NCBI GenBank assembly: GCA_017560765.1
Contig: JAFZEI010000015.1
Span: 397-64,396 of the forward strand
Source of the DNA: Clostridia bacterium
GTDB lineage: Bacteria > Bacillota > Clostridia > UBA1212 > UBA1255
Direction of reading: 5' to 3'
Length of the DNA stretch: 64,000 nucleotides
Positions within the stretch are counted from its first letter, which is position 1. Every line of letters begins with the position of its first letter. Below, piece after piece: positions 18,583 to 28,523 of this stretch. The notes beneath the pieces are model-generated. The model was not told where the DNA came from, made no database searches, and worked only from the letters and a program-made list of their open reading frames with translations. Both the position numbers and the translations under genes were made by a program.

Positions 18583-19669
18583 TTTCCAATATATCCGCTA
18601 TTCTTTTGCATGCAAAACCATCCCCGTAAGGATTGCTGGCATGTGCCATCTTGTTATATTCTTCTTTGTTATCCAGAAGCTTCGTAAAATTATTATATAT
18701 CACTTCTTCATCTGTGCCTACCAGCTTTAATGTGCCGGCTTCAATCCCTTCCGGGCGTTCCGTTGTATCTCTCATAACGAGAACAGGTTTACCCAAAGAG
18801 GGCGCTTCCTCCTGTATTCCGCCGGAGTCTGTAAGTATCATATAGCTGTTAGCCAAAAAGTTATGAAAATCGAGTACCTCCAATGGCTCAATAATATGAA
18901 TTCTGTCACAATTGCCCAACTCTTCTGAGGCTGCTTGTCTTACAACCGGATTCATATGAATGGGATAAATTGCCTTTACGTCAGGGTGTTCGTCTAATAC
19001 TCTACGTATTGCACGGAACATATTATGCATAGGCTGTCCCAAATTTTCTCTGCGGTGTGCTGTTATAAGAATCAGTCGGCTGTCTTTTGCCCATTCCAAC
19101 TCTTTATGAAAATACTCTGTCTTTACAGTAGTTTTTAAAGCATCTATAGCCGTATTTCCCGTAACATATATATACTTTTCATCTTTGCCTTCTTTTACAA
19201 GATTTTCTTTTGCGAGTAAGGTAGGTGCAAAGTTATATTTTGCAACAATAGATACTGCCTGTCTGTTAAACTCCTCAGGATAAGGACTGTATATATTAAA
19301 TGTTCTCAATCCTGCTTCAACATGTCCGATTGGAATTTGCAAATAAAAACAAGCAAGTGCAGTAACAAAAGTTGTGGAAGTATCACCATGAACAAGAACG
19401 ACATCAGGCTTTACTTGTTCTAATACAGCTTTAATACTGTTTAATATATTTGTAGTTATATCAAACAATGTTTGTTTTTCTTTCATTACAGATAAATCAT
19501 AATCCGGCGTTACATCAAAAGCGTCCAAAACTTGATCAAGCATTTGTCTGTGCTGTCCTGTAACACAAACGACAGTATTTATATTTTTTCTTTTTTTTAG
19601 CTCGTTTACAAGAGGACACATTTTAATTGCCTCAGGTCTTGTGCCGAAAACTAACATTACTGTTTTCAT
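18572..19669 (-). CDS. wecB: UDP-N-acetylglucosamine 2-epimerase (non-hydrolysing)
   Basis: MLVFGTRPEAIKM, HVEAGLRT and DSGGIQEEAPSLGKPVLVMRDTTERPE. Confidence 0.93.
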   Translation of the reverse strand: MKTVMLVFGTRPEAIKMCPLVNELKKRKNINTVVCVTGQHRQMLDQVLDAFDVTPDYDLSVMKEKQTLFDITTNILNSIKAVLEQVKPDVVLVHGDTSTTFVTALACFYLQIPIGHVEAGLRTFNIYSPYPEEFNRQAVSIVAKYNFAPTLLAKENLVKEGKDEKYIYVTGNTAIDALKTTVKTEYFHKELEWAKDSRLILITAHRRENLGQPMHNMFRAIRRVLDEHPDVKAIYPIHMNPVVRQAASEELGNCDRIHIIEPLEVLDFHNFLANSYMILTDSGGIQEEAPSLGKPVLVMRDTTERPEGIEAGTLKLVGTDEEVIYNNFTKLLDNKEEYNKMAHASNPYGDGFACKRIADILENEK

Positions 19670-19694
19670 TATAATACCTTCTTCTGTTTATAAA

Positions 19695-20918
19695 TCACAA
19701 ATAGTAAACACTATCTGAATTTATTCCGATATTTTGCGTGTCTAAAACAATTTTTCCCTTTAATTTGTCTGCATTTTCTTTTATCTCATTATGTTTTACC
19801 ATAATAACAACAAAATCTACAGATGATAAGAATTCATCCAAATCAAAAATCTGGTTTTCTGTTATGTTATGCTTTATAAATGGATCATACGCAACAAGAG
19901 GTTGTGCCAAATGTTTTTTCTGACACTCCAAAAGCTGCAGAGCCGGGGATTCTCTGTAGTCGTCCACATTCTCTTTATAAGTCAATCCGTATAAGCCTAC
20001 TTTTGATATGTCTGTCATGCCCTTTTCTTTCATTATGTCATGAATTCTTTCTAAAACAAAAGCCGGCATAGAATCATTTACTTTCATCGATTCCCATATC
20101 ACTTTTGTAAGGCTCGGGTAATCTCCTACCAAAAACCACGGGTCTACGGAAATGCAATGGCCTCCCACTCCGGGGCCCGGATTAAGAATATTTACCCTTG
20201 GGTGCATATTGCAAATTTTAATGATTTCATAAACATTCATATTGTCATTTCTGCAAATTTTTGCCAACTCATTTGCAAACGCTATATTTACTGCTCTGAA
20301 TGTATTCTCTACAACTTTTGTCATTTCTGCCGTTTTTATATCAGTAATAATTATTTCTCCTTGGCAAAAAGAAGCATAATACTCTTTTATTTTCTCACCG
20401 ATTTCTCTGTCATCTGCACCTATTGTTCTGTTGTTATGCAAAAGCTCATATACCATATTGCCGGGAATAATTCTTTCGGGGGCATGTACAAGATTTATAT
20501 CTTTTCCAATAATTAAACCTGCCTTTTCTATTACCGGCCTTACATATTTATCAATTGTTCCGGGAGAAACAGTAGACTCTATTACAATAGTAGCTCCTTT
20601 AGGGCAAACTTTAATTATCTCTTTTACTGCAGAATTCACATAGCATACATCTATTTTTTTTGAAAAACTGTCATACGGAGTTGGCACAGACACAATATAT
20701 GTATCTGTAACACAATATTCCGTAGTAAATTTGATACCGCTCTTCAAAGCTTTTTCAAACAGTTCATCCAAGCCGTCTTCTTTAAAAGTCGTTTTCCCCG
20801 CATTGAGAGTAGCCACAAGTTCCTTATTATAATCTGTTCCTACCACTTCTACCCCATGAGATGCCATCATAAGAGCAGTCGGAAGACCTATATACCCCAA
20901 GCCAATAACATTTACCAT
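19695..20918 (-). CDS. wecC: UDP-N-acetyl-D-mannosamine dehydrogenase-type nucleotide-sugar dehydrogenase
   Basis: VIGLGYIGLPTA and GVGGHCISVDP. Adjacent to wecB. Confidence 0.85.
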   Translation of the reverse strand: MVNVIGLGYIGLPTALMMASHGVEVVGTDYNKELVATLNAGKTTFKEDGLDELFEKALKSGIKFTTEYCVTDTYIVSVPTPYDSFSKKIDVCYVNSAVKEIIKVCPKGATIVIESTVSPGTIDKYVRPVIEKAGLIIGKDINLVHAPERIIPGNMVYELLHNNRTIGADDREIGEKIKEYYASFCQGEIIITDIKTAEMTKVVENTFRAVNIAFANELAKICRNDNMNVYEIIKICNMHPRVNILNPGPGVGGHCISVDPWFLVGDYPSLTKVIWESMKVNDSMPAFVLERIHDIMKEKGMTDISKVGLYGLTYKENVDDYRESPALQLLECQKKHLAQPLVAYDPFIKHNITENQIFDLDEFLSSVDFVVIMVKHNEIKENADKLKGKIVLDTQNIGINSDSVYYL

Positions 20919-20925
20919 TCTTAAA

Positions 20926-22434
20926 TTACCTCGTTTTCCTTAATTGTGCCTTTTCTTCTTTATTTAAACCAAATGCCCACAATGTGCCCAGATAAACTAC
21001 AGCAAAAGCCGCAACACCCAAAAGCATTTTCGCAAGTAGATTTTCGAAAAGAAGTGTGGCTGCAAAGCAAGCTATTCCGCTTAAAATCAAGCAAATCCAA
21101 ATTTTACCGAATATGTTTTTATACATTTTTATCATATTAATTTTATAAATCTTGTAATAATAAATGTTCATTATTATTACGCTGCCAACAAAATAGCTGA
21201 AAGCAGTTCCTACAGCTGCCGCATAATAATTCCAAAAATACGTACCAACCAAGGAAATTATAATATTCAGTACCGTAGTCAAAAGTAAAATCATGGTTCT
21301 GAACACCAATCTATTCTGGGCCCTTAATATAGATAAGCATACATTGACACACAATTCCAACAAGGAAGGTAACATGAGTATTAGAACAATGATATACACA
21401 TCCTCATAGCCATTCCCTAACCATAAATTGACAAAAGTTTTACCTAAAACAATAAAACCTGTCAATGCACCTCCTAATAAAGCAAATTGTATTCTGCCTG
21501 CCTTAAGAATCAATTTTTGAGTCGCAGAAAGATTTTCATCATCGTTTTTTAAGGTTTCAGTTACTGTAGGAAGCATAACACTTGAAATAGATGTAGAAAG
21601 CTGCTCAAACATAGAAAATATCAATAATCCCATAGAATAAACTGTAACTGCTCCTGCGTTGACGACAGCTCCTATTATTACGTTATCAAGATTTCCGTTG
21701 GCTTGAGATGCAATAGTAGTGATAAAAATCAGCATAGAATACTTAAATGATTCTTTAAACACGCTGTGTTCCCATCTGCTGAATTTTATTTTAACATTTA
21801 ACACACGATTTATATAAACAATTTCAACGCAAAGCATTCCTATTGTCAAAAACAAGTCTAACAATACAATAACCAAGGCATCTTTTATAAAATGCAAAGC
21901 AACATATATTGTCAATATTCTTGTAAGCAAGCGGATTATCTTTAATCCGTTGCCAAACATGAATTTATTAAAACCTGTTATCACGCCATTGAAAACATTT
22001 TCAAAAATATGAGCAATAATGCCGGCACACAAAAAGACATACAGCTGTTTAGCTTTTACTAGCTCTGCTGCTGTAAGACCTTTCCCATATATATTGTCAA
22101 TAAAAAAATAAATAATTCCGGTAGCAATTATAACGACTACGCTAATAATACCTGCTTGAAATAAGCTCATAGATATAAAATTAGGTATTTTTTCTTCTTC
22201 TTTGTCAGCTCTGTATCTTGATATATATCTCAATAATGTACCGCCAAGACCAATATCTAAAACCAACAGTGCTGCTGTAAAAGAAGACATAGTCTTGTAA
22301 ACACCATAAGCACTGTCGCCTAGCTTGTCAACAATATATGGAGTAACCAACAAACCGGAAACAGTATTAAGTATTATTAATATATAAGAAAGAATCGCAC
22401 CATATTTTACTTGCGATAATGAAATTTTTCTCAA
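20926..22434 (-). CDS. wzx: Polysaccharide flippase (Wzx, MOP superfamily)
   Basis: About 12-14 predicted TM helices. The likely start is TTG at 22434, overlapping the wzy TGA (TTGA), with GGGAGA upstream. The track ORF extends to GTG at 22485. Confidence 0.75.
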   Translation of the reverse strand: MRKISLSQVKYGAILSYILIILNTVSGLLVTPYIVDKLGDSAYGVYKTMSSFTAALLVLDIGLGGTLLRYISRYRADKEEEKIPNFISMSLFQAGIISVVVIIATGIIYFFIDNIYGKGLTAAELVKAKQLYVFLCAGIIAHIFENVFNGVITGFNKFMFGNGLKIIRLLTRILTIYVALHFIKDALVIVLLDLFLTIGMLCVEIVYINRVLNVKIKFSRWEHSVFKESFKYSMLIFITTIASQANGNLDNVIIGAVVNAGAVTVYSMGLLIFSMFEQLSTSISSVMLPTVTETLKNDDENLSATQKLILKAGRIQFALLGGALTGFIVLGKTFVNLWLGNGYEDVYIIVLILMLPSLLELCVNVCLSILRAQNRLVFRTMILLLTTVLNIIISLVGTYFWNYYAAAVGTAFSYFVGSVIIMNIYYYKIYKINMIKMYKNIFGKIWICLILSGIACFAATLLFENLLAKMLLGVAAFAVVYLGTLWAFGLNKEEKAQLRKTR

Positions 22435-23657
22435 AGTTTTTCTCCCGTATTTTTTTCTTTTGCTCGCCTTATTATGCCAACACACAATCCAATAAGCAGG
22501 AAGAAGTTTGGTTCTAATAAATACGAACTTGACAAAAATAATTTAAAGAAGCTATTTGTGCAAAGCAAAGCTATAATGAAAGTTTTTTCTTTACTGCTCT
22601 CACATTTTGACAATGCACTAATATAAAGCGCTATCAATATTCCGAATATTAAAGAACCGCCAAGCACACCAAAGGACACCCATAATTCCAAAATAATGTT
22701 ATGCGCATATGCCGTTGTAAACTCTCTGTCTGCTGCAACACCCAGTCCCCAAGGATTTTCCTTTATTACAGACAGTAAGGTTTTATTAATATTATCACGT
22801 CCATTTGGGTCTGCTATTTCTCCTTCTTTAAAACTGTCCAAAATTCTGGTACTCATACCCATACTTGAAACTATCTCCCTCAAAAAGTCAATAATCTCAT
22901 CCATAAACAAAAAGACAACAAGAAGAAATAAAATAATTGCTAAATAAGCGACTATTTTGTTTTTTGTTTGCTTTATAAAGACAAAATATGCAAAAGCAAA
23001 AACTATTATTGCAACAACAGGGCCTCTTGTGCCATATGATATCAATAGCACAAATCCTATAATCATGGCAATCAGATCAATTTTTTTATATTTTTCAAAG
23101 AAATATCCGGCTGTCAGTGCAACATGAGGAAGGAGTTTATATGCCATACCCATATTGTCATCACCAATTTGCAATGTATCTGTTCCGAAAATTATTAAAC
23201 TTGCCAAATCTGCAAAAATTGCATAAACAGAAAGGACGTGTAAATAGTCAATCACCTTTTCACTTCTGTATGCCGCACCTACAAGAAATAAGGTGAGAAT
23301 GAATAAAATAAAATCTCGTCTTTCCTCTGATAATACTGTAGCAACCTCTGTATAAGCTGCGTATTGTATTCCTAATTGATATCCGGCTGCAACAGCAAAG
23401 TATAGAAATATATCAGATAGCCGCAATCGCTCAAAAAAGTAAGAGACAGAAAGCAAAATTGCCGTAATAAAAAACAAATAAACTACAATTTCTGTAATGT
23501 AGTTAAAAAACGGCAACCTGTACATGACAAGTTTTAAGTCAGAAATTAATGTATTGTTTGCCCAAACCAAGCAAAACAAAAATAAAAAAAACATTTCTGA
23601 ATTAAAAGGTTTCTCTAATATATTTATATTTTTTGGATATTCTCTATTGATTGCCAT
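22431..23657 (-). CDS. wzy: O-antigen polymerase/ligase-like membrane protein (Wzy)
   Basis: 408 aa polytopic membrane protein with a large loop (GVAADREFTTAYAHNIILE), typical of the Wzy/O-antigen ligase family. Confidence 0.65.
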   Translation of the reverse strand: MAINREYPKNINILEKPFNSEMFFLFLFCLVWANNTLISDLKLVMYRLPFFNYITEIVVYLFFITAILLSVSYFFERLRLSDIFLYFAVAAGYQLGIQYAAYTEVATVLSEERRDFILFILTLFLVGAAYRSEKVIDYLHVLSVYAIFADLASLIIFGTDTLQIGDDNMGMAYKLLPHVALTAGYFFEKYKKIDLIAMIIGFVLLISYGTRGPVVAIIVFAFAYFVFIKQTKNKIVAYLAIILFLLVVFLFMDEIIDFLREIVSSMGMSTRILDSFKEGEIADPNGRDNINKTLLSVIKENPWGLGVAADREFTTAYAHNIILELWVSFGVLGGSLIFGILIALYISALSKCESSKEKTFIIALLCTNSFFKLFLSSSYLLEPNFFLLIGLCVGIIRRAKEKNTGEKL

Positions 23658-23674
23658 AAATTCCCCTTCTTGAT

Positions 23675-24703
23675 TTACTTACCAATTAATATAGGCAACA
23701 CAAAAGTCCATAAGCCTGTTCTGCATAAAAAAAGGAAAAATCTGTATTTATAAGATAATTTTCTGTACATTTCCTTTTTATTCAAAACATCCCACGGCTC
23801 TTTATTTAAATATTCTTTTACAATATGTCTTTTTTCTTTTGATGTCTTAGGACACTTTTCAGAAAGCAATTCGCAAGATACAACAGTATAAAATTCCATT
23901 GCAAGATTTTTAGCATAACACAGTGTATTTTCTTTTATAAAAGCTGCATTTTCTTTTTTTAAGAGCTCTGCATATCTGCAAAGTATTTCTTCCCTATTTC
24001 CATAATATTTTCTCATGGAGGAACTTTCATATATCACATAGCAGTACCATATATCCAGAACGACACAAATATTACTGCACTTGTTTGTAAATTGCATATT
24101 CCATAAAACGTCTTCCCCTAAGGGTTGTCCCACAGGGAAAGGATTATTCTTCGCAACATCACTCTTTATGAGTCTTGCACATGGACCTCTGCCTATATAG
24201 CCATATTTTTTTACGTTTTTATATTCGGTCCGATTTGTCATCAAAAAGTAACTGCGCAAATCATCCATATTTTCTTTTGTATAAATATGATATTGTTTGT
24301 TTTCTTGTAACGGAATACTAACACTTTCCCCCGGTTTTGTTTTTGCAACTGCCGCAATCACCATGTCAGAATTTGTCTCTTTTATGATTTGAAGTCCCTC
24401 TGAAATTGCTTGAGGAAGCAGTACATCATCTGAATCCAAATACATAATATAGTCTCCGGTTGCAAGTTCTGTACCGTAATTTCTCGCAGCGCTTACTCCT
24501 TTGTTTTCACAATGAAAAACACGAATTCTATCATCGAGACTTTTTTGCAAATCACAAAAAGCAGCAGTTTCTTCATTTGAGCCATCGTCAATTATTATAA
24601 TTTCAACATCTTTGAAAGTCTGATTAAAAAGACTTTCCATGCAACGGTTCATATATTCACAATTAACATTGTATACAGGTATTATTACGCTGACAACAGC
24701 CAT
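23675..24703 (-). CDS. Family 2 glycosyltransferase
   Basis: VSVIIPVYN, IIIDDGS and YLDSDD motifs. Confidence 0.85.
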   Translation of the reverse strand: MAVVSVIIPVYNVNCEYMNRCMESLFNQTFKDVEIIIIDDGSNEETAAFCDLQKSLDDRIRVFHCENKGVSAARNYGTELATGDYIMYLDSDDVLLPQAISEGLQIIKETNSDMVIAAVAKTKPGESVSIPLQENKQYHIYTKENMDDLRSYFLMTNRTEYKNVKKYGYIGRGPCARLIKSDVAKNNPFPVGQPLGEDVLWNMQFTNKCSNICVVLDIWYCYVIYESSSMRKYYGNREEILCRYAELLKKENAAFIKENTLCYAKNLAMEFYTVVSCELLSEKCPKTSKEKRHIVKEYLNKEPWDVLNKKEMYRKLSYKYRFFLFLCRTGLWTFVLPILIGK

Positions 24704-24715
24704 ATTTTCCTCTTT

Positions 24716-25612
24716 TTAATACTTTATTCTAACGTAAATTTTAGCCAGCAAGCGTCTGGTACAAGCCAACATGTATCTCAAATATTGAAATACGCACACT
24801 TTTTTATCAAATACATACGAAACGATATTTACGCTTACTCCGCAATCCATAAGCTTTTTGTTCTTATTGTTATACTTAGTTCGTGAAAAAACCGTCATCC
24901 CGCTTTCTGAATATTTTTCAATTTCACCGGGAAACTTTTCTGTATACATAAACGGATATGAAATAAATAAAACACTGTTCTCTTTTAAAAACGATATTAC
25001 AGCATCAACATCATTTTCTCCCATATTGTATTCATATCTGGCACAATATATCCCTTTATATCCTAATTTTGAAACTATCGCTACAGTTTCTGTAGTATAT
25101 GCTTCTATCAGAAATCTTTCTTTTAATTCTGTTTTTTCTCCTATACACAACGAAAGTACATCAAGGAAATTCAAAATCTGTTCCTCTGTAAACATTCCGA
25201 ATAAATCGAGCATAAAAACAGTATCATTATACTCTGATAGCATATCAATAATATTTTGTAAGGATATAGGAGTAAGTCCCTTTGTGGATAAAGAAAAAAG
25301 AGTCTGTTTCATAAACCAGTCAAAGTCATATACATTGGGCTTTTCAAAAACCTCCATACGTCTCATTGACTTTTCATCAACAGTATGAGCAACGGCAACA
25401 TATTTGTTGTCAGTTGTTTTTCCGATGTCAAATTCAAAAACCTTAACACCTTTTTTATACCAACGCAAAAATGCCTCTTTTGTATTGGTTTGTCTTACAC
25501 CGGCAAAAGCACCGAGACCGTGCATACAATAATTAAATTTACCTTTTAATTCATGAACTGTCATCGTATTAAAGTTTTGCTGCCTCTGCAATTGCCAAAT
25601 CGTTTTCATCAT
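24716..25612 (-). CDS. GDPD/PI-PLC-like phosphodiesterase-fold protein
   Basis: HGLGAF...NTKEAF...VKVFEFDIGKTTDNKYVAVAH resembles the H-R/G, E-x-D and H-D pattern of glycerophosphodiester phosphodiesterases. The start is uncertain (ATG 25612/25609 or ATG 25564). Confidence 0.45.
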   Translation of the reverse strand: MMKTIWQLQRQQNFNTMTVHELKGKFNYCMHGLGAFAGVRQTNTKEAFLRWYKKGVKVFEFDIGKTTDNKYVAVAHTVDEKSMRRMEVFEKPNVYDFDWFMKQTLFSLSTKGLTPISLQNIIDMLSEYNDTVFMLDLFGMFTEEQILNFLDVLSLCIGEKTELKERFLIEAYTTETVAIVSKLGYKGIYCARYEYNMGENDVDAVISFLKENSVLFISYPFMYTEKFPGEIEKYSESGMTVFSRTKYNNKNKKLMDCGVSVNIVSYVFDKKVCVFQYLRYMLACTRRLLAKIYVRIKY

Positions 25613-26309
25613 CTATTTCATACCAACGGTCTGCATCAATTTTAACTATCCTTATATCATTGTTCCCGTAATATATCATTGCACCAAGAACAAGCTCATA
25701 GTAACTGTTTATATTTCCTATTTTTACATATAAATCAATCATAGGAAAATACTGGTTGCAAATAAAATTCTTACTAAACTTGTACACGTTTACTGTTTTA
25801 AGTGCCTCGTCATACGGGAATCCCTCATATTGGTCTCTTTTTATAACAAGGGAACTTGCCTTTATTCCATCGCAAGAAAGTATAACAGAGCCATTCATCG
25901 TTACAGGGTTATACTCACTTACCAATATATTACATTCCGCTTCTCCCGACAATATTTTTTCTATCAGATCATAACCATAATACAAATCACATTCAAGCAT
26001 AATGCAATCATCATGTATATAATCCCTCGCCAAAAAAAGAGAGTAGACATTGTTAGTTTTATCATAATCTGAATTTTCTACATATGTAATAGACATGCCC
26101 TTCCAGTTATTACCTATGTGTTTTATTATATATTCTGCCATATGGCCAACAACTATCACTACATTGTCAATTTTGCGCGTTGCAGATAAAAGATTTAAAG
26201 TATTTTCAAGAAGAGGAGTTCCCTTAACCGGAACCATACTTTTAGGCATATGATCTGTAAGCGGCCTAAGACGTTTACCAAAACCGGCAGCCAAAATAAT
26301 CGCTTGCAT
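25569..26309 (-). CDS. LicC-like nucleotidyl(cytidylyl)transferase
   Basis: MQAIILAAGFGKRLRPLT, TNNVYSL and WYEIDDENDL parallel the pneumococcal LicC motifs (AGLGTRLRPLT, YNNFYSL, YEIDSVQDY) as I recall them. Confidence 0.7.
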   Translation of the reverse strand: MQAIILAAGFGKRLRPLTDHMPKSMVPVKGTPLLENTLNLLSATRKIDNVVIVVGHMAEYIIKHIGNNWKGMSITYVENSDYDKTNNVYSLFLARDYIHDDCIMLECDLYYGYDLIEKILSGEAECNILVSEYNPVTMNGSVILSCDGIKASSLVIKRDQYEGFPYDEALKTVNVYKFSKNFICNQYFPMIDLYVKIGNINSYYELVLGAMIYYGNNDIRIVKIDADRWYEIDDENDLAIAEAAKL

Positions 26310-26327
26310 TTTTACTTACTCCTTTCT

Positions 26328-27212
26328 TTAATTAAAAAATTTTATGCACTTTTTAGGAGAATCCAACATATTAACCGGATGCTCAGGCTTTCTTCTTTCT
26401 TCAGACGGCAATAAAGAATAATCCCCATACATTTCTTTAAGAAATGTATCTGAATTAATTAATGCCATAAGTTTTTCTCCTCTAAATAAAACCTCGCCGT
26501 ATCCCTCGTCATAACTTTTTTTATTAAAACGTCTTCCGGTCTCGTACATTCTTGACGTATAACGTGTATATATTCCCGATGGTTTATGTTTCTTTATAGC
26601 AACCGCCTTGTCATTCAGCTCAAATATATCGCGAGGTCCGACAATTATTTTAGCAAAAAGACCGAGAATACTACTTACAATATCCCTTATCTTCTTATAC
26701 GTCTTGTTATATTTGTCGTGCCTTACATTTCTCACTTTAGTATTGTGAAATGCAGTTCTTAAAAATCCTGTTTTAAATTTTTTCCACTTAAAAACCAATT
26801 CGTTTGCAGGTTTTTCTTCATTAATAAATAAATCAATGTATATTTTTTTCTCCAACAACTCTTTCGTTGTTACCCTGTCAAGAAAATGAATTTTTAATAC
26901 TTTAATTTCTGAATCTTCTGCAAGTACTTGTCTAAGTTTAGTATATTCCGTCCTTGTCATCATTACGTCAGCATCATCATCCCAAGGAACGAAATCACCA
27001 TGTCGCATAGCTCCCAAAAGCGTTCCGTCAGCAAGAGAATACTTTAAATCATGCTCTTTGCAAAAACGGTCAAAAGATAATAGCAAGCGCATCATATCTT
27101 CATGTGCTTCTTTTAAGTTATACTTCTCCTCATAGCTGCCTACTTTACTGTAAGGATATGGGATTATATAGTTAATAATCGCTTTTGTCTTTGTGTCGGC
27201 GCCGCTCATCAA
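26328..27212 (-). CDS. licD: LicD-family phosphotransferase
   Basis: YSLADGTLLGAMRHGDFVPWDDDADVMM is the LicD signature. Confidence 0.85.
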   Translation of the reverse strand: MMSGADTKTKAIINYIIPYPYSKVGSYEEKYNLKEAHEDMMRLLLSFDRFCKEHDLKYSLADGTLLGAMRHGDFVPWDDDADVMMTRTEYTKLRQVLAEDSEIKVLKIHFLDRVTTKELLEKKIYIDLFINEEKPANELVFKWKKFKTGFLRTAFHNTKVRNVRHDKYNKTYKKIRDIVSSILGLFAKIIVGPRDIFELNDKAVAIKKHKPSGIYTRYTSRMYETGRRFNKKSYDEGYGEVLFRGEKLMALINSDTFLKEMYGDYSLLPSEERRKPEHPVNMLDSPKKCIKFFN

Positions 27213-27732
27213 ATGCCTTCCATCTTTCCTCTGCAGTTTCCAAATATATTAGAGAACGTCTTTTTTCTGCAAAATTTTCAAAAGTATCAATTTGCTTTGC
27301 GGGTATTCCTGCCCAGACAGCACCCGCCGGAATGTCTTTATTAATCAAACTATTAGCTCCGATTACAGTATCAGACCCAATTCTTACATTTCCCAATACA
27401 ATAGTTCCCGAACCAATAAAAACATTATCCTGTATATCTATACAACCCAGTTGCTCTTTAAATTCAGAATTATTTTTCTCTCCATGGTATTTGAAATTTA
27501 AAACACCATGAATCGCGTCATGTACAACAAACTTTACACCGGAAGCTACTTCAACATTATTTCCAAATGAAATAAGCTCGGAATGTAAAGGAACAAGCAT
27601 TGCAGGTAATCTTACATTTTTACCTACGTGATGAAAAATCTTCTTTTTCCTTGCGTAATTTCCTCTTTTAAGTTGATCAAAAAAAAGAAAAAATCTTATA
27701 GATCTGAACATTCTTTTTATATCCATTGCCAA
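27172..27732 (-). CDS. Left-handed beta-helix (hexapeptide) acetyltransferase, O-acetyltransferase-like
   Basis: Hexapeptide repeats IGSGTIVLGNVRIGSDTVIGANSLINKDIPAGAVWAGIPAK. There is no NeuD/PglD-type N-terminal domain. Confidence 0.75.
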   Translation of the reverse strand: MAMDIKRMFRSIRFFLFFDQLKRGNYARKKKIFHHVGKNVRLPAMLVPLHSELISFGNNVEVASGVKFVVHDAIHGVLNFKYHGEKNNSEFKEQLGCIDIQDNVFIGSGTIVLGNVRIGSDTVIGANSLINKDIPAGAVWAGIPAKQIDTFENFAEKRRSLIYLETAEERWKAFDERRRHKDKSDY

Positions 27733-27739
27733 ATATCTC

Positions 27740-28519
27740 CTAAATATACTCTCCGGCTGTTATTCTGAATGTACTGCCTGTCATCATGGCAGAGGAATCT
27801 GACATAAGGTAAATCAATGCCTCCACATAGTCATGTCTTTCCAACATTCTGCCCATCGGAATTGTGTTTGCCGCACGTTTTCTTAATTGTGCCTCAGTTT
27901 CTCCCTGCTGTTTTCTAAGGGCAACTTCACCCTCTGTTGGTGTCCATCCCAAAGTAAGATAGTTGCAACGTATCATTTCCGAAGCATAATTATGAGCAAT
28001 ATGTTCCATAAGAGTAATTAAAACGCCCTTGGAACAAGCGTATGCAGCTCTGTCCTTTTCGCCACCCCACGCATGAGCAGAACCTGTAAAAACTATGGAA
28101 CCTCCACCATTCATTCGCATATATTTTATTGCCTGTTGACAACAAAAAAAGCAAGCCCTGAAATTTACGTTCATTACCTGATTAAAAGTTTCTTCATCAC
28201 AAGTATCTAAAGGAGAAATCGGCGTTACACCTGCATAATTGAAAAAACCGTCTATCTTCCCAAACTTATTTGCAGCTTCGTCAAATAACTTCTTACAATC
28301 TTCTACTTTTTCCAGATCTGTATGGACAAAAATTGCTTCACTTCCATAAGTCTTGATAATTTTAATTGACTTACGAGCAGCGTCTTCATCTCTGCCACCT
28401 ATAACCACTTTAGCTCCGGCTTTTGCAAACTCTTCGGAAATTGTCTTTCCTACTCCTTTTGTACCACCGGACACTACTATAACTTTTTCTTTTAACGGTT
28501 TATTCATATCAAAAATCAA
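27740..28519 (-). CDS. Short-chain dehydrogenase/reductase
   Basis: SGGTKGVGK (TGxxxGxG-like), NYAG and catalytic YACSK (YxxxK). Confidence 0.85.
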   Translation of the reverse strand: MIFDMNKPLKEKVIVVSGGTKGVGKTISEEFAKAGAKVVIGGRDEDAARKSIKIIKTYGSEAIFVHTDLEKVEDCKKLFDEAANKFGKIDGFFNYAGVTPISPLDTCDEETFNQVMNVNFRACFFCCQQAIKYMRMNGGGSIVFTGSAHAWGGEKDRAAYACSKGVLITLMEHIAHNYASEMIRCNYLTLGWTPTEGEVALRKQQGETEAQLRKRAANTIPMGRMLERHDYVEALIYLMSDSSAMMTGSTFRITAGEYI

Positions 28520-28523
28520 CGCC

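Noticed and set aside
24858-25388. 176-aa plus-strand ORF inside the phosphodiesterase-like gene
   Set aside because: It is an antisense shadow ORF with no RBS and no recognisable motif. The minus-strand frame fits the operon's tight gene packing.
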